Source of the DNA: Candidatus Micrarchaeota archaeon
GTDB lineage: Archaea > B1Sed10-29 > WALL01 > WAMD01
Direction of reading: 5' to 3'
Assembly: GCA_964652335.1 (NCBI GenBank)
Contig: CAZZDL010000005.1
Span: 1-33,865, forward strand
Length of the DNA stretch: 33,865 nt
Positions 1-8,446 of this stretch are shown piece after piece. The notes beneath the pieces are model-generated. The model saw nothing but the letters and a program-made list of their open reading frames with translations, was not told the origin of the DNA and made no database searches. Each line of letters begins with the position of its first letter. Within the stretch, counting starts at the first letter, position 1. The position numbers were made by a program, and so were the translations under genes.

Positions 1-73
1 GCGCCAGTAGTCTAGCCTGGTAGGACCCAGCCCTCCCAAGGCTGTGACCCGGGTTCAAATCCCGGCTGGCGCA
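1..73 (+). tRNA. tRNA-Gly (anticodon CCC), no intron, CCA not encoded
   Basis: Cloverleaf read directly: acceptor GCGCCAG/CTGGCGC + discriminator A, anticodon stem CAGCC/GGCTG with loop CT-CCC-AA, T arm CCGGG-TTCAAAT-CCCGG. Confidence 0.97.
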
Positions 74-74
74 T

Positions 75-96
75 TAGAGGGGTTGCACCCCCTCTA
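75..96. repeat. 8-bp inverted repeat in the tRNA-Gly 3' trailer
   Basis: TAGAGGGG-TTGCAC-CCCCTCTA, starting 2 nt after the tRNA discriminator base. Confidence 0.75.
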
Positions 97-101
97 CCCC
101 T

Positions 102-173
102 GCGGACTACGCAAGGTAGACCTACGCCGGAGCGAGGTTGACGCAAGGTCAACCGCACTGTCCTTCGGCCAGT
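102..173. repeat. tRNA-linked 72-bp multi-hairpin repeat, copy 1
   Basis: Ungapped match to 22346-22417 (63/72 identical). Hairpins CTAC-GCAAG-GTAG, GGTTGAC-GCAAG-GTCAACC, ACTGTCC-TTC-GGCCAGT. Confidence 0.9.
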
Positions 174-280
174 AGCATACCCTCAAATCACTTAAAGAGA
201 TAATTAGGCTGGTTGGATAGTAAAAACGAGAAAGTTACAATAAGACCAGCTATTTATTTGTCTTGTTACTTTATTTATCT

Positions 281-1444
281 ATGGCAAAGCCACGAAAGGT
301 TGAAAGAAGAGCAGATAAAGTGCAAGCTGATTTCTTTGCTAAAGGGATACCAATTCATAGAGAATTTGCACTAATGGCAGCTAAGGAGTACTATGCTCTT
401 CCGTTACGAGAAAGGATTGAATTTGAGCTAAAAAACAGAATAAAAAGAATAAAGCAAATACTGACAGAGCCAGGCACATTGAAAGAAGAAATAGAAAAGA
501 AAAAAGCGGAAAACAGGATAAGAAGAGAGAGGAAGCTAAGGGAAAAATTCAAAGAATTGGGATATGAAGACGAGATTGTGGATGCATTAATCCGCCTTCC
601 AAAAGGAAAAAGAGACAAAGTACTGGAAGAGCTAAAAGTCAAGAGCATAACTCCCCCAAACATAGCATTTAGAATAATGAAGACTGAGCATGCAGATCTA
701 GCAATGAAAGAAGGGCTCAAACCAAGAGAATTTCCGTATTTGAGCGTTAAAACACCTAAAACCATTTTCATTCTAGCTTCACCAGGAATAGCTGAGAACT
801 TCCTTGACAAAAAAGCCAAGAAAAGATTTGAAAAAGGGTACAAAGAGTTCGTCAAAGATAGGTCTAAAATAAGAGAACAAAAAGACAAAGGAGTAAAGAA
901 TATAACAAAAGACGTTTCTGCAATGGCCTCAACATATGAAAGCGTAATGGGGGCTTTGAAGGCCAAAAAGGTTTTGGAAAAAGTGGGAACAGAAGAATCT
1001 CAAATTGCTTGGCTAACAGCGTACTCCAAACTAATGAAACAAGGAGAAATCGAAAACAAACCTAAAATGTCTGTTTTATTAATAGACCTAGAAAAGCTAA
1101 TAGAACATCACAAGAAAAATGGGAAAAATGTCGTGCTAGTAGAAGACCCTGAACTCAAAGGCTCGTATATGATATTTGAAAAAACGAAAAAGGGATTAAA
1201 ACCAATTGATGTGCCTCCACAAGCTCTAAAGAAGGTTGACCTCGGAAGGGTAAGTTATGGAGAATCTAGAGACATCCAAAAAAAGGTTGAAGATGCATAC
1301 ATCAAAGAGCTAGTAAAGGCAATAGAAAAAGAAGAAATAATGAATGCTGCCAGGGAGGAGAAAAAGCATGGAAGAAAAAGAAAGAATAAAACCACAGGTC
1401 AAGTACAGAATAATACAGAAAGGATCACCACCTCCAAAGATTAA
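281..1444 (+). CDS. Orphan basic protein with putative ADP-ribosyltransferase (Tpt1/KptA-like NAD-binding) domain
   Basis: Long ORF; ATG 281 is about 25 nt below a TATTTATT box. PPNIAFRI-x10-EGLKP, SVLLIDLEKL and IDVPPQAL follow the order of the Tpt1 C-terminal domain motifs (PPxxLYHGT..EGLKP, VILxIDxxxL, VPPxxI). CDS confident, function tentative. Confidence 0.5.
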   Translation: MAKPRKVERRADKVQADFFAKGIPIHREFALMAAKEYYALPLRERIEFELKNRIKRIKQILTEPGTLKEEIEKKKAENRIRRERKLREKFKELGYEDEIVDALIRLPKGKRDKVLEELKVKSITPPNIAFRIMKTEHADLAMKEGLKPREFPYLSVKTPKTIFILASPGIAENFLDKKAKKRFEKGYKEFVKDRSKIREQKDKGVKNITKDVSAMASTYESVMGALKAKKVLEKVGTEESQIAWLTAYSKLMKQGEIENKPKMSVLLIDLEKLIEHHKKNGKNVVLVEDPELKGSYMIFEKTKKGLKPIDVPPQALKKVDLGRVSYGESRDIQKKVEDAYIKELVKAIEKEEIMNAAREEKKHGRKRKNKTTGQVQNNTERITTSKD

Positions 1445-2438
1445 TGTATCTTTTGTGGAAGACTTGAAAAAAGAAGCTAAGAAACTAAAAGGGAACAGAT
1501 TCATACTTGTTCAAATGTATCAAGGCCCTTTTGGAAAAGGAGCCTCTGGATACGCAAGGGTAAAGATAGATGATAGCAAGGCAATAATAGAAAAAATAGC
1601 TGGAACCAATTGGGTTCCATTAGAAAAAGAAGATGGAATCATAACAGAACTTGCAAAAAGAATCTATCTAAAAGGCCTGAAACCAGAAGGAGAAATGGCA
1701 GATAAGGTAAAGGCTAAGATGGAAGAAATAAGGAAAACTGAAGAAGTAATAAAACGACTAACAGAAGAAACAAAAAGAGGGTATGTCTCATACGAGCTCG
1801 CAATTGAGACATACAAAAAAATGAATAAGATTAAAAAAATGAGGGAAGAAGATGAAATTCTAAAACTCGCATTACTTTTCCCAATAGAAAAGGCAGAGCA
1901 ACCTAGTTTGTACAACTACATACTGGAAAAATACAGAGACCCAAACATTATAGATGAGATGTACAAATTCAAGCATTGGTACAATCACATATTTACCCCG
2001 GCTCTTTGGAAGCTGGTGAAAAATAAAGAACTAGTGCAGAAATATTTAAGAAAACCAAACAGACTACTGGGTGAAAAGCCAAATCAGAGAATAGTAGCTC
2101 ATCCAAGTGCAGAGGGAGCAATAGAAGATAGGTACGAGAAACTTGAGAAAGAACAAAAAGAATTAGAAGAAAAACTATCTCAAGCCGTTGCACACGTGAT
2201 GAAACGAATAAAGGAGGAAGCACCAGAAATAAGGAAGTGTATGGGGTTTGCAGGTTCTGTTGCAAGGCCAGCCCTACGAACTCCCATGACTGACATAGAT
2301 CTTTGGACAACATATCCATACAACGAATTCTTTGACGACTTAGTAGCAGACGTATTCAGGAGATATGGGATAAGACTTAACATAACAAAGAAGAGAGAAT
2401 TGCCGCCACTTAGAATAAGTAGGAAAAAACGGAAATAA
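1368..2438 (+). CDS. Orphan protein with C-terminal Pol-beta-type (MNT-like) nucleotidyltransferase domain
   Basis: GGAGG RBS before ATG 1368. C-terminal GFAGSVAR-x8-DIDLW matches the hG[GS]-x9-13-Dh[DE]h NTase signature. Ends RISRKKRK. Confidence 0.65.
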   Translation: MEEKERIKPQVKYRIIQKGSPPPKINVSFVEDLKKEAKKLKGNRFILVQMYQGPFGKGASGYARVKIDDSKAIIEKIAGTNWVPLEKEDGIITELAKRIYLKGLKPEGEMADKVKAKMEEIRKTEEVIKRLTEETKRGYVSYELAIETYKKMNKIKKMREEDEILKLALLFPIEKAEQPSLYNYILEKYRDPNIIDEMYKFKHWYNHIFTPALWKLVKNKELVQKYLRKPNRLLGEKPNQRIVAHPSAEGAIEDRYEKLEKEQKELEEKLSQAVAHVMKRIKEEAPEIRKCMGFAGSVARPALRTPMTDIDLWTTYPYNEFFDDLVADVFRRYGIRLNITKKRELPPLRISRKKRK

Positions 2439-2534
2439 TATCCATCAATCGCCCATCAAAATACAAAATAGATATAAACTTGAAATAGTTACACGTCAGT
2501 AACCTTTATCAATTATAGTTCTAAAATTAGTATC

Positions 2535-3443
2535 ATGGATGAGTCAGATGTATGGGACGTGGAAGAAATCCTCAAAAGGATCCTAAAAACAGACATGAAA
2601 GCAATAGCCGATAACAAGGCCCATGTTGAGTTCCTGAAATCAATATTACAAAAAAGGTTGGAAATGGGGATGGAACCACCAATAACTGCTGTCCCAATTT
2701 TGATAAGACAATTGCCTGAGGAGATTGTTCCTGAGAGGTTCAAATCTTTAAAATATGAAGACTTCCATGATGCAGTTAAATGGATGTTTGAGGATGAAGA
2801 AGCCAGAAAACATTTAGAAAAAGCATTACTTCATACAACAGGGGCAACTGAATACACACATGACAACCCGTACTTGGAGCACTTGTTAAACAGTGCTGCA
2901 TTTGAAAACATGAGGATACTTGACATCGGAACTGCGACTGGAGTATACACCAAATCACTGCTTGAAGAAGTGAAAAATCCAATAAAATCGCTAGTAAGAA
3001 CAAACCTTGCGGAGAACATAAAAATAACTCAGCATCCTTGGCAAAAGGATAAGATACCAGATTATAGAGAAATAAAACCATTCAATATAGTAACTGATGT
3101 ACTACCTGAAAAGTTTGACATAGTAATATTCAAGGATGTTTCCAAGTTCCTACACAAGGAAGGTTTAAAGAGGGCTATGGAAAATATCAAGAAAATGACT
3201 GATCATGGATCAATAGTCATATATGGTGGGGAAATAGAGGCTAGCGGGCATGCCAGGTACGTCGGATTTTCAGATGGTAAGAGTGCAATAAGGATACTCG
3301 TCAACCACAATGGAAAATTAGTAGAAGTAGATCCAGAAAGATTCATAAAAGAAGTGGCAAAAGTGAAAAGCAGGGAAGAATATCTCCAAAAGCTTCCCTC
3401 CCTAATAGCCAAGCACAAAATCAGAAAAAGAAAACCTAAATAA
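2535..3443 (+). CDS. Class I SAM-dependent methyltransferase-like orphan protein
   Basis: Motif I RILDIGTATG, later KFDIVIFKDVSKFL and HGSIVIY strands typical of Rossmann methyltransferases. Ends KHKIRKRKPK. Confidence 0.7.
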   Translation: MDESDVWDVEEILKRILKTDMKAIADNKAHVEFLKSILQKRLEMGMEPPITAVPILIRQLPEEIVPERFKSLKYEDFHDAVKWMFEDEEARKHLEKALLHTTGATEYTHDNPYLEHLLNSAAFENMRILDIGTATGVYTKSLLEEVKNPIKSLVRTNLAENIKITQHPWQKDKIPDYREIKPFNIVTDVLPEKFDIVIFKDVSKFLHKEGLKRAMENIKKMTDHGSIVIYGGEIEASGHARYVGFSDGKSAIRILVNHNGKLVEVDPERFIKEVAKVKSREEYLQKLPSLIAKHKIRKRKPK

Positions 3444-3467
3444 ATTAGCTAATCATTATCTCTTCTA

Positions 3468-5945
3468 ATGCAGATAAACGGGTTATCTGAACAGGAAGCT
3501 AAGAAACGGTTTAACATATATGGGGAAAACAAGATTGAAAGAAAGAAAAAAATTTCTCCATTAGAAATGCTTATTTCTCAATTCAAATCTCCCATAATAA
3601 TACTACTTGTCGCGGCCGCGGTAATCTCAATGCTAGTAAATTCAATGAAAGGAGAGGCATTCATTGATAGTATTCTAATTTTAGTCATAGTATTTGCAGC
3701 TGCCATAGCTGGATTCATACAAGACTACAAAGCTGAGAGAACTATAGAAGCGCTAAAAAGGATGGCTGCCCCAACTGCAAAGGTCATAAGAGATGGGAAA
3801 GAAAAAGAAATAGACTCTAGTCTGATTGTACCGGGAGATATAATCGTCTTGTCAGGGGGAGATATAGTCCCAGCGGACGCTATTATCGTGCAAGGGAAAT
3901 TGGAACTAGATGAATCTATGCTAACCGGAGAGTCTAGATCGGTAAAGAGGAAAAAAGGCGACAAGATATTTTCTGGTTGCCCTGTTTATTCTGGAAACGC
4001 GATAGCCAAAGTATACGCAACTGGCATGAACACGGAAATGGGGAAGCTAGCTGCAAGAATGGAAGAGATGGAAGAGGAGGAGACACCATTTGAAGCAAAG
4101 ATGCGAAGTTTCACAAAAAAGATTGTTATTATGACTATAATTATAATCATAATAACTTTCGCAATAGGTCTAAACAAGTTTGGATTGATAGAAGCATTCC
4201 TCATAGCGGTGTCCTTAGCTGTAGCTGCAATACCAGAAGACCTTCCAGCAATAATCACCATCGCATTGTCCCTTGGGGCTAGAGATATGGCCAGCCAGAA
4301 TGCACTTGTAAGAAGACTAGCTGTAACAGAGTCTATAGGATCTGTGGATGTTATATGCACAGATAAAACAGGGACCTTAACTCTAGGGGAAATGAAAGTA
4401 TCTGATTTATGGTTCATAGGAAAATCCGAAGTAGCCAAAGAGCTAGCCGTGAAAGCTTGCTATTTCTGCAATGATGCAAAGATAATTGTGAAAGAAAACG
4501 AGGAAAGATGGGTGGGAGACGAAACAGACATAGCACTAAAAGAATTCTCCTTGGATAAGGTGAAAGAAAATGGAAAAAGAGTGGATGAGATTCCATTTAA
4601 CTCTGAGAGAAAAATGATGGCAGTAGCTTACAGGATAAACAAGGAAATGTTTGTATTTGCGAAGGGAGCTCCAGAAGTAATAGTAGAAAAATGCACTAAA
4701 GCGATAGTTAATGGGAAAATTGTTAAAATGACTAAGAAGATCAAAGAAGGGATACTGGAAGAAAACGGAAAGTATGCCTTCAAGGGAAACAGGGTCCTAG
4801 CTCTAGCTTATAAAAAAGGGAAAGGAAAGCTTGACAAAGAGCTGATTTTCATTGGCCTAGTTATTCTATCTGATCCACCTAGGCCAGAGGTAAGAAGAGC
4901 TATACAAGACTGTTACTCTGCTGGTATACGAGTGATAATGATAACCGGTGACAATCCAAAGACTGCCCTAGCCATTGCAGACAAAGTAGGAATAGAAACT
5001 GATGGAGTAGTGGTAGGTAAAGAATTAGATGCTATGACAGACGATGAACTAGAAAAAGCGTTAGCGAGTGTAAACGTGTTCGCAAGGACAAATCCATTCC
5101 ACAAAACTAGGATCCTTGAGATACTTCAGAAATCAGGACATGTAGTGGCAATGACTGGAGACGGAGTAAATGATTCCCTTGCATTAAAGAAAGCTGATGT
5201 GGGAATCGCAATGGGAAAGAAAGGGACAGAGGTAGCAAAAGAAGCAAGCGACATAATACTGCTGGACGATAATTTTGCAACCATAAGGAATGCCGTAAAG
5301 GAAGGAAGGAGGATATTTGACAACATAAGAAAATTCGTTGATTATCTACTGACCTGTAATGTGGCAGAGGTTCTAGTTGTCTTATCTGCTACGGCATGGC
5401 TTCCATTCATATCATTGTATCCCGCCCAAATATTATGGATAAACCTGATTACAGATGGATTACCTGCCCTGGCTCTAGCTGTAGATCCGCCAAGACCCGA
5501 CGTAATGAAAAGAAAACCAAGAAAAAAGGGGGAAGGAATAATAAACAAGAGACTTGCCATGCTCATTGGGAGCATTGGTTTAGAGAAATCCCTTGTTATA
5601 CTCGGATCGTTCCTCGTAGTCTTGCCATTAGGAGAAGCAAGGGCTAGAACTGTCTTGTTCACAGCATTTATCCTTTATGAGTTCGTAAGAATTGCTGTGA
5701 TAAGGTTTAACGAAAAGCTTTCCAGTCTAAAAGATTGGATGGCAAATAAGTTTTTAGTCGCTTCATTGATAGCTAGTCTCTTGCTGCAAATAGCCCTAAT
5801 ATATACGCCAATTGGAAGCTACTTCAAAGTTGTTCCTTTAGGTTTGTACGAATGGGAAGTACTAATAACCGGAACATTAATAGGCTTCGTATTAGGAATA
5901 GGTATAGCATGGGTAATTGACAAGATCACTGGAGAGGAATACTAA
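3468..5945 (+). CDS. Cation-transporting P-type ATPase, type IIA (Ca2+-ATPase-like)
   Basis: TGES, DKTGTLT phosphorylation site, KGAPE, DPPR, TGDN, GDGVND. Ion-site motifs IPEDLP, NVAE, WINLITDG. Confidence 0.93.
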   Translation: MQINGLSEQEAKKRFNIYGENKIERKKKISPLEMLISQFKSPIIILLVAAAVISMLVNSMKGEAFIDSILILVIVFAAAIAGFIQDYKAERTIEALKRMAAPTAKVIRDGKEKEIDSSLIVPGDIIVLSGGDIVPADAIIVQGKLELDESMLTGESRSVKRKKGDKIFSGCPVYSGNAIAKVYATGMNTEMGKLAARMEEMEEEETPFEAKMRSFTKKIVIMTIIIIIITFAIGLNKFGLIEAFLIAVSLAVAAIPEDLPAIITIALSLGARDMASQNALVRRLAVTESIGSVDVICTDKTGTLTLGEMKVSDLWFIGKSEVAKELAVKACYFCNDAKIIVKENEERWVGDETDIALKEFSLDKVKENGKRVDEIPFNSERKMMAVAYRINKEMFVFAKGAPEVIVEKCTKAIVNGKIVKMTKKIKEGILEENGKYAFKGNRVLALAYKKGKGKLDKELIFIGLVILSDPPRPEVRRAIQDCYSAGIRVIMITGDNPKTALAIADKVGIETDGVVVGKELDAMTDDELEKALASVNVFARTNPFHKTRILEILQKSGHVVAMTGDGVNDSLALKKADVGIAMGKKGTEVAKEASDIILLDDNFATIRNAVKEGRRIFDNIRKFVDYLLTCNVAEVLVVLSATAWLPFISLYPAQILWINLITDGLPALALAVDPPRPDVMKRKPRKKGEGIINKRLAMLIGSIGLEKSLVILGSFLVVLPLGEARARTVLFTAFILYEFVRIAVIRFNEKLSSLKDWMANKFLVASLIASLLLQIALIYTPIGSYFKVVPLGLYEWEVLITGTLIGFVLGIGIAWVIDKITGEEY

Positions 5946-6733
5946 TGGCATTGCAAAAAAGGAGAGGGGTTCCAAGGGAAAAATTTTTGAAAATGCTAGA
6001 TAAAAGAAGAAAGGGAAAATGGACAGAGCCAAGAGAGAATGAGTTATTCCAAAGCCTAAAGGCAACCCGTGCATTCAAGGAAAGAGAAGTAATAGGACAC
6101 AACATAAAGATCCCTCTAACCACTGGGATAGTGAGCGCTCTAAAGAAAGCAGGAGAATCAATTGACAAAGTATATAGCGTCCATAGAAAAAAGGAAGGAA
6201 AGGGGAGAAGAACGATTGAAATAGACTTTTGGGGATTCAAGAATAACAAACATTATCTCTTTGAGTTCAAGAATTTACCACCAGCAGAGAAGGAGAATTT
6301 AAATGCTATAAGGAGATATTACAAACAAGCAGTAGAAGTAGCCAGGCTAGTAAAAAACCACCCGTACATACTAGGAACAGCAGACACAAGGACTCCACCA
6401 ATCAAGGCGGTGGGTAATCCGTTTTACAGGCTCAAAGCGGAGAAATGGATGGAGGGTGGACAGTTAGGCTATTTTCTAATAGTCAATAGACCATTAACAG
6501 AGAAAGAATGGAAAACAGTTGAAAGAATAAGAGAGAAGACAGGGGTCAATGTACCGATAATAATGGATACAGAGGTTTACAAGTTGATTGAGCATATTGA
6601 GAGTGGGAATGAATCTGAAACGTTTGCAGGAAAAGAACAAAGAATTGTCATGCATAGATACAAGCCAGAGGGGCCGATAGACAGGTTCATGAGAAAACAA
6701 AAGAAAGGACCAATAGATAATTGGATTGAATGA
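5945..6733 (+). CDS. Orphan PD-(D/E)xK (restriction endonuclease-like) nuclease
   Basis: TIEIDFWGFKNNKHYLFEFKN fits the EID-x(10-12)-ExK core. Start overlaps the ATPase stop (TAATG). Confidence 0.6.
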   Translation: MALQKRRGVPREKFLKMLDKRRKGKWTEPRENELFQSLKATRAFKEREVIGHNIKIPLTTGIVSALKKAGESIDKVYSVHRKKEGKGRRTIEIDFWGFKNNKHYLFEFKNLPPAEKENLNAIRRYYKQAVEVARLVKNHPYILGTADTRTPPIKAVGNPFYRLKAEKWMEGGQLGYFLIVNRPLTEKEWKTVERIREKTGVNVPIIMDTEVYKLIEHIESGNESETFAGKEQRIVMHRYKPEGPIDRFMRKQKKGPIDNWIE

Positions 6734-7375
6734 CTACTCTTCCAAACCCAACATCTTCCTCAACTGTATCCTTCTCGCTATGGAAAGCTTAGATAAAATC
6801 CATCTTATTCTAGACTCCACATATGGCTGCAAACTCCTGTATAAGACCAAATCAGCCTCTTTCATCTTTTCTTTATGCTTATTAAATACCTCCGAAAGGA
6901 TATAACTTGCATCCCATGGTACTGCTTCCATCATCTCGGTGGTCACAGCAGTCACATCTTCTGGATGATAACAGTCATCAAATGCATTCCCATACTTTTC
7001 TACTAGCATCTTCTCAATGTCATTTAATATCTTTAGGAAATGCTTGTCTGCCTTTTCCATCCTTTTCTCAAATTCCTCGTAGTGCTTGTCTATTTCCTCT
7101 TCACTCATTTTGTCTATGTCTCTACTGTTGAACTTTCTCTTTATTTCAGAGACCCCATGCCGTTCAAGTAAGAGAGAGTAAAACGGATTGAATACTTCAT
7201 GGTCTGTTACTTCTTCCATATCTCCTTCCTTGTACCTAACTTGTATAGTGTACATATTGCCAAATCTGTCCACAGGCCTCCTGATTACTCTAGTATACTT
7301 CCTAACACTAAGTGGTGGAGTCCCTGGAATAGGTGATTTCACCTGTCTCTTTTTCTTCTTAGATCCTCTGGCCAT
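6734..7375 (-). CDS. Hypothetical protein with basic N-terminus
   Basis: 213-aa ORF filling the gap below pyrD; starts MARGSKKKKRQVK; no recognisable family motif. Confidence 0.7.
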   Translation of the reverse strand: MARGSKKKKRQVKSPIPGTPPLSVRKYTRVIRRPVDRFGNMYTIQVRYKEGDMEEVTDHEVFNPFYSLLLERHGVSEIKRKFNSRDIDKMSEEEIDKHYEEFEKRMEKADKHFLKILNDIEKMLVEKYGNAFDDCYHPEDVTAVTTEMMEAVPWDASYILSEVFNKHKEKMKEADLVLYRSLQPYVESRIRWILSKLSIARRIQLRKMLGLEE

Positions 7376-8282
7376 ACTTCATATTTAGTGCTTTCCCCTT
7401 TATATCAGAAACCCGCCTGTCACCTAGCACAGTTAAAAACTCTTTTTCTATGCGCTGCAAAGCAGATATTCCCTCATCCTTTAGAGCAGTGCCTATTTGG
7501 ACAGCGTCTGCCCCAACCAAAAAGAAATCTAGCACATCTTTTCCGGATGATATACCTCCAACTCCAATTATATACACGTCACGAAGCTTTTTCCTGAACA
7601 TTGCAACGTTTGCCAAGGCTATGGGTTTTATGCAATCACCACTCAAACCTCCAAATCCGTTTCTAGGGACTATTATTGGTCTTTCATCATCGCCTATTAC
7701 TAACCCTGTTGGATAGGAGTTTATGAGAGTTAAGTACGAAACAGAATGCCTTTCAATCACTCTAGCCATCCTATCTACATCATTCAACGTCAAATACGGT
7801 GGGAGCTTTAGTCCAATTGGCTTTTCTCCAAGGTCAGATATCGCACCTAGAATTTCATCCATTAGCTCAAGATTATAGGCAGGTATGCCTACGTCTGCGT
7901 TTGGACATGATAAGTTTACTTCTATAGCATCCACAGAGCTATCCTGGAATCTTGATACAAGAAATTCGTACTCTTTTGTGTTGAAGCCAAAGACACTAGC
8001 TACCACTGGCTTTCCTAATTTTTTCAGTTTTTCTGCAAACTCCAAATATGATTTATATCCAAGGTTAGGCAAGCCCATTGCCTGTATAGACCCACAAGCA
8101 AACCTTCCATATCTAGGTTTTGGATTGCCTTCCCTTGGCTCAAGTGTGCATGTCTTCATCACTACTGCGCCTGTGTTTGATACTGCCAATTGCTTCAATT
8201 CATCCCAGCTAGTATCCATTACACCAGATGCATTCATGATTGGAGAATCAAGGGAGATACAAAAATCCAGGTCCCAGTTCAT
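7359..8282 (-). CDS. pyrD: Dihydroorotate dehydrogenase/oxidase, family 1 (1A-like)
   Basis: MNASG, KTCT..REGNPKPR, MGLPNLG, catalytic-Cys loop EVNLSCPN, KLPP, GGLSG, IGVGGI, VQIGT. Confidence 0.9.
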   Translation of the reverse strand: MNWDLDFCISLDSPIMNASGVMDTSWDELKQLAVSNTGAVVMKTCTLEPREGNPKPRYGRFACGSIQAMGLPNLGYKSYLEFAEKLKKLGKPVVASVFGFNTKEYEFLVSRFQDSSVDAIEVNLSCPNADVGIPAYNLELMDEILGAISDLGEKPIGLKLPPYLTLNDVDRMARVIERHSVSYLTLINSYPTGLVIGDDERPIIVPRNGFGGLSGDCIKPIALANVAMFRKKLRDVYIIGVGGISSGKDVLDFFLVGADAVQIGTALKDEGISALQRIEKEFLTVLGDRRVSDIKGKALNMKYGQRI

Positions 8283-8446
8283 CCTTCACACCCAGAAGAT
8301 TAATCATAACTCATATAAAAGACATTACTAAAAAGCGTTACGCAAGGAAAAGCCCTTTAAAAACAACTTCTACATAGATAAAATGAGGAAATATTTAAAA
8401 ATGAACAACGCCTTAATTCCTACAGAAAAAGGTTAGGGGGATCAAA

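Noticed and set aside
74..173. Known self-cleaving ribozyme (HDV-like/theta, hammerhead) in the tRNA trailer
   Set aside because: The repeat does not begin at the tRNA 3' end. I could not build the nested double pseudoknot or find CUGANGA/GAAA cores. A covariance-model search is still needed.
391..966. 191-aa antisense ORF and the many other short opposite-strand ORFs in the track
   Set aside because: Phe/Ser/Leu/Ile-rich shadows of purine-rich coding strands, fully nested in better-supported genes.
1344..1444. Programmed frameshift or broken single gene joining the first two ORFs
   Set aside because: The second ORF has its own GGAGG RBS and ATG at 1368 and no clear slippery heptamer with a stimulator. 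A simple 77-bp overlap is more parsimonious.
2488..2503. GTTAC-N6-GTAAC inverted repeat upstream of the methyltransferase promoter
   Set aside because: Only 5-bp arms and a single occurrence; expected by chance.
1..3443. Integrated element (provirus or island) at tRNA-Gly
   Set aside because: No integrase and no downstream duplication of the tRNA 3' end (att site) seen in the window.
2535..6733. Type II restriction-modification pair (methyltransferase plus nuclease)
   Set aside because: The methyltransferase lacks DPPY/NPPY or PC motifs of DNA methyltransferases, and the genes are separated by the ATPase.
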